This document shows, piece by piece, positions 1 to 7,339 of a stretch of DNA of 28,672 nt. Every line of letters starts with the position of its first letter. Position 1 is the first letter of the stretch. The stretch covers positions 1 through 28,672 of the forward strand of contig JAYZBV010000035.1 of assembly GCA_036338595.1 (NCBI GenBank), read 5' to 3'. The translations under genes and the position numbers were made by a program. The notes below the pieces were generated by a model. The model was not told where the DNA came from and did not search any database. It saw nothing but the letters and a program-made list of their open reading frames with translations. The DNA is from Planctomycetota bacterium. GTDB taxonomy: Bacteria; Planctomycetota; UBA8108; UBA1146.

Positions 1-88
1 TCCCTGCGTTGCTTGCAGGCTCAGCAGAGCAACCACCCAGCATCACTGAAAAACCCGCAAGGGTGGCAAACAACGAGACTGGATTCAT
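1..88 (-). CDS. 5' end of a putative lipoprotein gene (runs off the left edge of the window)
   Basis: Not in the ORF track. Minus-strand ATG at 88 is preceded by an AAGGAGGT Shine-Dalgarno (91-98). It translates as MNPVSLFATLAGFSVMLGGCSAEPASNAG..., a hydrophobic stretch ending in the lipobox LGG-C, with no stop before the window edge. Confidence 0.7.
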   Translation of the reverse strand, partial: MNPVSLFATLAGFSVMLGGCSAEPASNAG

Positions 89-97
89 CGACCTCCT

Positions 98-703
98 TCA
101 CGCATTTCTGCGACCCAGCGTGATCTGGCACTGTGCAAAGATCAAGTTGGGAACCCAGCAAAGCCAAGCGATGTAGTGATAGGACTCCTCGAAACGGATC
201 TGGGCGATGAAGGAACTCATCAACCACAAACGCAACGTCACCCCGGCAAAGGTCAGTGAGAAGTTGCGCACCATCCATTCCTGATGTTCCACGATGTCTC
301 CTCGACGGATGGCAACGAGCGCTCTGAAGCCGCTATAGAGCCACAACACGGCCAGCAGGGCGAAACCTGCCCTGGCGATCGGCCCACCGAAGGCGTACTG
401 GGACATATACAGACCGGCACTGCCTCCGACCAGAACCCCGACCCCCAGATAGACGCGCCCGATCCCTCGATGCAGACCTGGCCATCGCTGACGCAATCGT
501 GTCAGGAATTGAAACGGTCCCAGCAGCAGAGCCAGTCCCGATGCGAAGATGTGACAGTAGATGCCAACACGATGAGCCTCGAACGCCCGTTTCATCTCTG
601 GATGCACTGCGTCGCCCAGCGGAGTGAAGCCGTAATTATTTACGACCAGCACAAGGATGAGGGCAACGAGTATGAAGATGATGCCCTTGCCGAGAATCCG
701 CAT
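98..703 (-). CDS. DUF2306-family integral membrane protein
   Basis: 201 aa with about 6 hydrophobic segments. Motifs HI...LGPFQF..LR...LHR.IGRVY, H.EWMVRN..LTFA.VTLR and AWLCWVPNL are typical of DUF2306. Confidence 0.85.
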   Translation of the reverse strand: MRILGKGIIFILVALILVLVVNNYGFTPLGDAVHPEMKRAFEAHRVGIYCHIFASGLALLLGPFQFLTRLRQRWPGLHRGIGRVYLGVGVLVGGSAGLYMSQYAFGGPIARAGFALLAVLWLYSGFRALVAIRRGDIVEHQEWMVRNFSLTFAGVTLRLWLMSSFIAQIRFEESYHYIAWLCWVPNLIFAQCQITLGRRNA

Positions 704-742
704 GCCGGGTTCCTTACTTGAGGTAGGGGGGTGACTTCAGAT

Positions 743-1459
743 CTACTCGCATCGAGATGGCGTTTCCTGGTTTCGACCAAAGTATAGCCAGTCCGTCTGT
801 GTCTGATTGATCAGTAGATTTTCGTGGGTGACCGGTTCGATTCGAACGTCGGCAAGTGTCTTTGCCATCGCCTCTGCGAACTCCTGGTTCTCTTCGTAGG
901 ACCAGATGCCGAGGACTCCACCAGGGGAGAGATGCGCACGGGCTCGCTCGAGCCCTGATTCGGTGTAAAAACTTTGATCGACGGAACCGAGTCGATCGTC
1001 GGGGGAATGGTCGATGTCGATCAGGATCAAATCATGAAGAGTCGTCGGAGGTTGTGACAATCTTTGATAGCCATCGCCCTCGATCAATGTCAGACGATGG
1101 TCATCGCTCAGTTGTTCAGATAAAGGCACCAGGCCCTCTTCAAGCCACTGGATCACCTGCCCCAGCAGTTCGATCACTTCCACCGATGTCACCGCATCCA
1201 TCTCGAGTGCCGCATTTGCCGTGTATCCCAGTCCGAGGCCACCGATCAACACGGAGAGGTCTTCTCCTCCATGCATCTCGACACCGATTCTGGCCAGTGC
1301 CTCCTCTGAATCGGTGTGGTAACTGGACATCAGGAACTCGTGATTGAGGGTGATCTCGGTGACGACCGTGCCGGGGCGAGAGAGCAATTCGCGTCGCCGC
1401 AAACAGAGAATCCCCAGGGGAGTTTCCTCGTACGCCAGAATCTCCAGCTGAGCAGCCAA
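743..1459 (-). CDS. Spermidine-synthase-like class I SAM-dependent methyltransferase-fold protein
   Basis: SAM-binding motif VLIGGLGLGYT, V..IE, EGDG, DLILIDIDHSP and LSPGGVLGIWS. Start moved from the ORF-track 1639 (which overlaps the upstream gene) to an in-frame TTG at 1459 preceded by a GGAGG RBS. Confidence 0.8.
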   Translation of the reverse strand: MAAQLEILAYEETPLGILCLRRRELLSRPGTVVTEITLNHEFLMSSYHTDSEEALARIGVEMHGGEDLSVLIGGLGLGYTANAALEMDAVTSVEVIELLGQVIQWLEEGLVPLSEQLSDDHRLTLIEGDGYQRLSQPPTTLHDLILIDIDHSPDDRLGSVDQSFYTESGLERARAHLSPGGVLGIWSYEENQEFAEAMAKTLADVRIEPVTHENLLINQTQTDWLYFGRNQETPSRCE

Positions 1460-1529
1460 ACAGGCCTCCCTCCCTGCTCGTAGCATCGAGTGCAGCACCG
1501 ATGAGGGCAAGGAGCGACTCGCAGAGAGG

Positions 1530-4500
1530 TCAGGGACAGCTGTTGTAAATTGCGCAATCCAGCGTGTCGCCGGTCGGATCGGTTCCACATGAAAGTGGAC
1601 CGGGATCAGGTGGCATCGATCCTCCGGCGAAGATGGCACTCAGTATCGTGATCGCATCGGCCACATCGATCAGGCCATCGTCGTTGCCATCGCCTGCATC
1701 CAGGCAATCGATGCTGGCTCCAGAAAAGAGGTACCCGAGTGACCGTATCGCATCTGCGATATCGAAGAGTCCGTCACCGTTGGAATCGCCTCTCTTGAAG
1801 AAGGTTTCTTCGCATTCGTCAGGGATCGAATTGCCGTTGGTATCTGCAGCTCCGGCGGCCAGATCACAAGCATCGGGAATCTCATTGGCATTGCAATCGG
1901 CACTGGTTCCGGAAGCGATATCGCAACTATCGGGGACACCGTTGCCATCGCAATCTGCGGCTCCCGCAGCGAGGTCACACCCATCGGGAATCCCGTTTGC
2001 ATCACAATCGATGGAATCGTCTGAACCCGGACAAGCATCAGCAGAGTCACAGACGCCATCGCCATCGGAGTCATCGAGAGGATCCATCGGACAGGGATCT
2101 ACATCTCCACAGACTCCATCGCCATCTGCATCGTTGTTGGCGTCGAGTGGACAGGTATCGCAGAAATCTGGTGTTCCATCCTGGTCCGTATCAACATTGT
2201 CGTCTCCGCCAGGACAGGTGTCGTCAGAGTCACAACTTCCATCACCGTCGCTGTCGCCTGCGGCATCGAGCGGGCAGTCGTCACAGAAATCGGGCGTTCC
2301 ATCCTGGTCCGTATCGACGTTGTCGTCACCGCCGGGGCAGGTATCTACCGAATCACAGCTGCCATCGCCGTCGGAGTCATTGTTGGCATCGAGCGGGCAG
2401 GGGTCGACATCCGCGCAGAGCCCGTCGCCGTCGATGTCGTTGTCGGCATCGAGCGGACACGGATCGACATCGCCGCAGATTCCGTCGCCATCGATGTCGT
2501 TGTCGGCATCGAGCGGGCACGGATCGACATCTCCACAGATGCCATCGCCATCCGCATCATTGCTGGCGTCTAACGGACAAGCATCCACATCGCCGCAGAT
2601 GCCATCGCCATCGATGTCGTTGTCAGGGTCGAGCGGGCAGGCGTCGTTGCTCTCACACAGCCCATCCCCGTCGGCATCGTTTTCAGCATCCAGCGGACAT
2701 GGATCGACATCCGCACAGAGACCGTCGCCATCCGCATCATTCTCTGCATCCAGAGGACAGGAATCGCAGAAATCGGCGGTGCCATCCTGGTCCGTATCGA
2801 CGTTGTCGTCGCCGCCAGGACAGGTGTCGTCAGAGTCACAACTTCCATCACCGTCGCTGTCGCCTGCGGCATCGAGCGGGCAGTCGTCACAGAAATCGGG
2901 CGTTCCATCCTGGTCCGTATCGATGTTGTCGTCACCGCCAGGGCAGGTATCCACTGAATCGCAGCTGCCATCGCCGTCAGAATCGTTGTTGGCATCGACG
3001 GGGCAAGGATCGCAGAAATCGGGGGTGCCATCGAGATCGGTATCGACTCCATCGTCGCCACCGGGACAGGCATCCTCGGAGTCACAGACGCCGTCGCCGT
3101 CACTGTCGCCTGTAGCATCGAGGGGACAGTCGTCACAGAAATCTGGTAATCCGTCCTGGTCCGTATCGACGTTGTCGTCGCCGCCAGGACATGTATCCAC
3201 CGAATCGCAGCTGCCATCGCCGTCAGAATCGTTATTGGAATCGATGGGGCAAGGATCGACATCGGCGCAGAGGCCATCGCCGTCGATATCGTTGTCGGCA
3301 TCGAGGGGACAAATATCGATATCTCCGCAGATTCCGTCACCGTCGATGTCGTTGTCGGCATCGAACGGGCACGGATCGACATCGCCACAGAGGCCGTCGC
3401 CGTCGGCATCATTGCTGGCATCTAACGGGCAAGGATCTACATCGGCACAGAGGCCGTCGCCGTCAATATCATTGTCGGCGTCCAGTGGGCAAGAGTCGTT
3501 GCTCTCGCACAGCCCATCACCGTCGGCATCGTTTGCTGCATCGAGGGGACAGGGGTCGACATCCCCACAGAGACCATCGCCATCTGCATCATTCTCTGCA
3601 TCGAGGGGGCAGGAATCGCAGAAATCGGCGGTTCCATCGAGATCGGTATCGACTCCGTCGTCGCCACCAGGACAGGCATCAGAAGAGTCGCAGACACCGT
3701 CGCCGTCGCTGTCGCCTGCCGCATCGAGGGGGCAGTCGTCACAGAAATCTGGTAATCCGTCCTGGTCCGTATCTACGTTGTCGTCGCCGCCGGGGCAGGT
3801 ATCTACCGAATCACAGCTGCCATCGCCGTCGGAATCGTTATTGGTATCGATGGGGCAGGGATCTACATCGGCGCAGAGACCATCGCCGTCGATATCGTTG
3901 TCAGGATCGAGCGGGCAGGAGTCGTTGCTCTCGCACAAGCCATCCCCGTCGGCATCGTTGGCTGCATCGAGGGGGCAGGGATCTACATCGCCGCACAGGC
4001 CATCCCCGTCGATATCGTTGTCGGCGTCGAGCGGACACGGATCGACATCGCCACAGAGACCATCTCCATCGACATCGTTCTGAGCATCCAATGGACAGGC
4101 ATCGACGCTCTCGCACAATCCATCGCCATCCGCATCATTCGCTGAATCGAGCGGGCAAGGATCTACGTCGCCGCAAATCCCATCGCCGTCGACATCGTTA
4201 TCCGGGTCGAGTGGGCATGGATCACAGAAATCTGCGGTTCCATCCAGGTCGGTGTCAGTCCCATCGTCACCTCCTGGGCATACATCCACACCGTCGCAGA
4301 TACCATCGCCGTCACTGTCGTCCAGCGGGTCCAGAGGACAGGGATCCAGATTTCCGCAAACTCCATCTCCATCGATGTCGTTGTCAGCATCTAGCGGACA
4401 AGAATCCACATCTGCGCAGAGCCCATCGCCATCGGCATCGTTGTCGGCATCGAGGGGACAGGAATCGACATCGGCGCACAGACCATCGCCATCGATGTCA

Positions 4501-5840
4501 TTGGCCGCATCTGCAGGACATGCATCACAGAAATCCGGTGTGCCATCCAGGTCAGTATCGATGTTATCGTCGCCACCTGGGCACAAATCCACACCGTCGC
4601 AAACTCCGTCTCCGTCACTGTCGTCCAGGGCGTCCAGAGGACACGGGTCGACATCTCCACAGACACCATCCCCATCGATATCGTTATCAGGATCGAGCGG
4701 ACAGGAGTCGACATCTCCACAGATCCCGTCGCCATCGGCATCGTTTTGAGCATCCAGGGGGCAAGAATCGACGTCGCCGCAGAGCCCATCGCCATCCGCA
4801 TCGTTGTTTGTATCCAGGGGGCAGGGGTCTACATCCGCACAGAGCCCATCCCCGTCAATATCGTCTTGCGCATCCAGGGGGCAGCTGTCGCAGAAATCTG
4901 GGATTCCGTCCAGATCGGCATCGAGAGTATCATTTCCACCAGCGCAGATGTCTTCGCTGTCGCAAACGCCATCTCCATCGCTGTCATCCAGAGCATCGAG
5001 CGGGCAAGCATCGCAGAAGTCTGGAATCCCATCGAGGTCGCTGTCGACGAAATCATTACCGCCGGCACAGATGTCCTGACTGTCACAAACACCATCTCCA
5101 TCGCTGTCGTTATTGACATCGAGTGGGCATGGATCACATTCATTGATCAGACCATCACCATCGGTATCCAGTTCGCATGCGTCGAAGACTCCATTGTTAT
5201 TGCAATCATTTAGCGCAAGAGCGCAGTCATCCGGAACCCCATCGCCGTCACAGTCGGTACTGGTTCCATTCGCGATATCGACATCGTCGGGGATCCCATT
5301 TCCGTTACAATCCGGAGCGTTAGTCGTGACGGTAATTGAGCCGCTTACTCCAGAAAAGTTCGTGGGGCTGTTCAATCCTGATGTTCCATTCTCATCGATG
5401 GAACTCGTGCCATTGGTCGGAAGGGAAGCAAAGATCACCTCCGATCCACCGGAGAATATCGCTTCTCCACCCGTCACCTGGAAAAAGTTTGAAGGCAGGA
5501 TGTAATCTGGCGCTGGTGCCCCTGGCATCGCTGCGTAGGCAGCAGTGCCCACCAGAAACCTTCTATTTGCCGTCAGGCTCGAGGGCAAATTTACATTGAA
5601 GAGAAAGACCTGGCCGCTCCCATTTTCAAGACTCTCCGGGGCCAGGAACTGCTCGTCGTCGGTGTCGTTGAAAAACTCGATGAACTGAACCGTGCCATCG
5701 GCACTGGAAAAGATCTCCACGATGGCCCAGCTGTGAGCATCGGCTTGTGCCGATGTGGGCATCATGAGGATCAAGAAAAATGAAATCAGGGAAGTAACTG
5801 AGATCCCGCAAATAACTGAATGGTTTGAACCAGGATTCAT
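1530..5840 (-). CDS. Large secreted Asp/Cys-rich protein with thrombospondin type-3-like Ca2+-binding repeats and a C-terminal dockerin-like domain
   Basis: 1436 aa. Signal peptide ends near AQADA. About 1000 aa of DxDGDGxCxDxDxCPxD repeats. C-terminal FKRGDSNGDGLFDIADAI...DGNDDGLIDVADAI is a duplicated EF-hand/dockerin-like motif. Confidence 0.9.
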   Translation of the reverse strand: MNPGSNHSVICGISVTSLISFFLILMMPTSAQADAHSWAIVEIFSSADGTVQFIEFFNDTDDEQFLAPESLENGSGQVFLFNVNLPSSLTANRRFLVGTAAYAAMPGAPAPDYILPSNFFQVTGGEAIFSGGSEVIFASLPTNGTSSIDENGTSGLNSPTNFSGVSGSITVTTNAPDCNGNGIPDDVDIANGTSTDCDGDGVPDDCALALNDCNNNGVFDACELDTDGDGLINECDPCPLDVNNDSDGDGVCDSQDICAGGNDFVDSDLDGIPDFCDACPLDALDDSDGDGVCDSEDICAGGNDTLDADLDGIPDFCDSCPLDAQDDIDGDGLCADVDPCPLDTNNDADGDGLCGDVDSCPLDAQNDADGDGICGDVDSCPLDPDNDIDGDGVCGDVDPCPLDALDDSDGDGVCDGVDLCPGGDDNIDTDLDGTPDFCDACPADAANDIDGDGLCADVDSCPLDADNDADGDGLCADVDSCPLDADNDIDGDGVCGNLDPCPLDPLDDSDGDGICDGVDVCPGGDDGTDTDLDGTADFCDPCPLDPDNDVDGDGICGDVDPCPLDSANDADGDGLCESVDACPLDAQNDVDGDGLCGDVDPCPLDADNDIDGDGLCGDVDPCPLDAANDADGDGLCESNDSCPLDPDNDIDGDGLCADVDPCPIDTNNDSDGDGSCDSVDTCPGGDDNVDTDQDGLPDFCDDCPLDAAGDSDGDGVCDSSDACPGGDDGVDTDLDGTADFCDSCPLDAENDADGDGLCGDVDPCPLDAANDADGDGLCESNDSCPLDADNDIDGDGLCADVDPCPLDASNDADGDGLCGDVDPCPFDADNDIDGDGICGDIDICPLDADNDIDGDGLCADVDPCPIDSNNDSDGDGSCDSVDTCPGGDDNVDTDQDGLPDFCDDCPLDATGDSDGDGVCDSEDACPGGDDGVDTDLDGTPDFCDPCPVDANNDSDGDGSCDSVDTCPGGDDNIDTDQDGTPDFCDDCPLDAAGDSDGDGSCDSDDTCPGGDDNVDTDQDGTADFCDSCPLDAENDADGDGLCADVDPCPLDAENDADGDGLCESNDACPLDPDNDIDGDGICGDVDACPLDASNDADGDGICGDVDPCPLDADNDIDGDGICGDVDPCPLDADNDIDGDGLCADVDPCPLDANNDSDGDGSCDSVDTCPGGDDNVDTDQDGTPDFCDDCPLDAAGDSDGDGSCDSDDTCPGGDDNVDTDQDGTPDFCDTCPLDANNDADGDGVCGDVDPCPMDPLDDSDGDGVCDSADACPGSDDSIDCDANGIPDGCDLAAGAADCDGNGVPDSCDIASGTSADCNANEIPDACDLAAGAADTNGNSIPDECEETFFKRGDSNGDGLFDIADAIRSLGYLFSGASIDCLDAGDGNDDGLIDVADAITILSAIFAGGSMPPDPGPLSCGTDPTGDTLDCAIYNSCP
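2073..5108 (-). repeat. Intragenic tandem repeat array: 26 short (60 bp/20 aa) and 12 long (123 bp/41 aa) units
   Basis: Manual parse of aa 245-1256 gives L2 S4 L S3 L S6 L2 S6 L4 S6 L2 S, and the unit lengths sum exactly to the ORF length. Exact DNA identities: 2206-2317 = 2812-2923, 3127-3167 = 3733-3773, 2329-2375 = 3787-3833. Confidence 0.95.
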
Positions 5841-6220
5841 TATACCTGCACTCCAAACGGCACACTTTGATCATATGCCGCAATACTGTTAATTTCTTAT
5901 TCAGTGCTCAGCGGAAGGATGTCAAATTCTCCTCCACCACCTCAAATACAGAGCGAATGTCTGTATCGTTACCAAGGTTCCCGCCTCGATGGGGATGAGT
6001 CAAGTTGAGGGAGTAAGTTGAGACAATTGGGATGAATCCGTCGCCATTGATGATACATGATCCACTATTGTCAGGAGTGACACCTATCACTTCGGTAGCT
6101 GGGTTTTCCCTCAACGATGCTCGGGCACATCAGGAGCTCGGGGGGAAGTCGGGTTGAGTGAACACTGCGAGCAAGATATTCTTCCTCGGACGAGGTCCAA
6201 CAGATCAGAGATGAGAGACG

Positions 6221-6619
6221 ATGATTGTGGCTGCAAGATGGCAAGGTGACGCTGACGGAGTCCTCTGTATCGACTGCGGAGATGGGGTGGTAGAGATCGA
6301 CCGACCAGGAGATCTGGTCTCGCGAATGATGGAAGAAGAGTGCGACCCCACACTGCAGGCTGCGATCCTCGTTCATGGCTACTGCCTGGCAACGCAGGGC
6401 GTTCGTTTGCCACATCTGGTGCGCCAGGTACTGGGAAAGATCGGCAATTTCATCCGAAGTGTATCGATGGATTCGATGCCCCTTTACCAGGCCGTGGAGC
6501 ACTTCAACCTGTTCGTCCGTGATTGTCCCGTCGAGGGTGCTGAACTTCGCGAAGCGGTCCTCGCCGAAGCCAAGCGCTATCACCAGCAGTTAATCTTCAT
6601 TCCGGATGTGAGCCAATAA
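6221..6619 (+). CDS. Hypothetical protein (132 aa), possible metal-binding CxxC...HxxC
   Basis: ATG start, ordinary globular composition, co-oriented just upstream of lspA. Contains CIDC and HGYC. Confidence 0.65.
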   Translation: MIVAARWQGDADGVLCIDCGDGVVEIDRPGDLVSRMMEEECDPTLQAAILVHGYCLATQGVRLPHLVRQVLGKIGNFIRSVSMDSMPLYQAVEHFNLFVRDCPVEGAELREAVLAEAKRYHQQLIFIPDVSQ

Positions 6620-6700
6620 CCACCAGGGGTGGGCCGACCTGTTTCGATTCTGCCAGGAACAGCACTCGACAAGCGTCGGTTTCCGGGTTGCGATGCGGCC

Positions 6701-7300
6701 ATGAATGAAGAGATGACACCCACACCCGAAGGAATCCTTCCAGGGGCAGCCGAGCCCATATCTCGGCAGTACGCGACATTGCTATTTGTCGCCATTCTTG
6801 TCCTGATTGTTGTTGCTGATCTTTCTTCAAAAACCTATGTCTTTGATCTACTTGAAACAAAAATACAGCACGCCCCGGATGGCACTCCCTATCTGATACA
6901 AACTCCGATGCGCAAGTTCTTTCCAGGGTTTGCTTTTGAAGCGTCCCTCAACCTGGGTGCGTTCAACGGCTGGTTCGCTGGAGTGACCTGGCTTCTGATC
7001 GGTGTCTCTGGCTTGTCGATTCCTGTTTGTTTCTGGTTTGCTCTGTCGATGCCAAGGCGCTCGGTTCCCATGGTTATCTCTCTGGCGCTGATCGCTGCGG
7101 GCGCAGCAGGTAATCTGTACGATCGCTGGTTCCATGGCGGTGTCAGAGACTTCATCCGTTGTTCGGTCGGAAGCGGAGAGAATGAGTGGGTCTGGCCCAA
7201 TTTCAATATTGCGGATAGCGCCATCGTTTGTGGGGTTGTCATCATCTTGATACGAGAATGGATACTGATGAGGCGAGCTGCGGCCGCCTCTGCAGATTAA
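6701..7300 (+). CDS. lspA: Lipoprotein signal peptidase (signal peptidase II)
   Basis: Motifs D..SK, NLGAFNG, GAAGNLYDR, GVRDFI and WPNFNIADSAI (both catalytic Asp present), with 4 hydrophobic segments. Start placed at ATG 6701. Confidence 0.95.
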   Translation: MNEEMTPTPEGILPGAAEPISRQYATLLFVAILVLIVVADLSSKTYVFDLLETKIQHAPDGTPYLIQTPMRKFFPGFAFEASLNLGAFNGWFAGVTWLLIGVSGLSIPVCFWFALSMPRRSVPMVISLALIAAGAAGNLYDRWFHGGVRDFIRCSVGSGENEWVWPNFNIADSAIVCGVVIILIREWILMRRAAAASAD

Positions 7301-7339
7301 TCCACCCGCTGCCAGAGCCCGTTGTTCGATGGACTGATT

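Noticed and set aside
1460..1639. N-terminal extension of the methyltransferase-like ORF
   Set aside because: It overlaps the 3' end of the large gene, and a TTG with a good RBS at 1459 explains the gene better.
2073..5108. 60-bp periodicity resembling a CRISPR array
   Set aside because: The units are in-frame coding repeats that vary at synonymous positions, with no unique spacers and no cas genes.
2073..5108. Near-identical repeat pairs as a possible DGR template/variable repeat
   Set aside because: There is no reverse transcriptase in the window, the differences are not adenine-specific, and all copies lie inside one ORF.
1564..5116. Long plus-strand ORFs (839-aa Ser/Pro-rich; 372-aa and 641-aa Arg/His-rich) and short Met/Thr-rich minus-strand ORFs
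   Set aside because: These are antisense or off-frame shadows of the Asp/Gly/Cys repeat gene, whose restricted codon set rarely yields stops in other frames.
6071..6583. 170-aa minus-strand ORF
   Set aside because: It is antisense to the 6221-6619 gene, which is co-oriented with lspA and has an ATG start. It has no recognisable motif.
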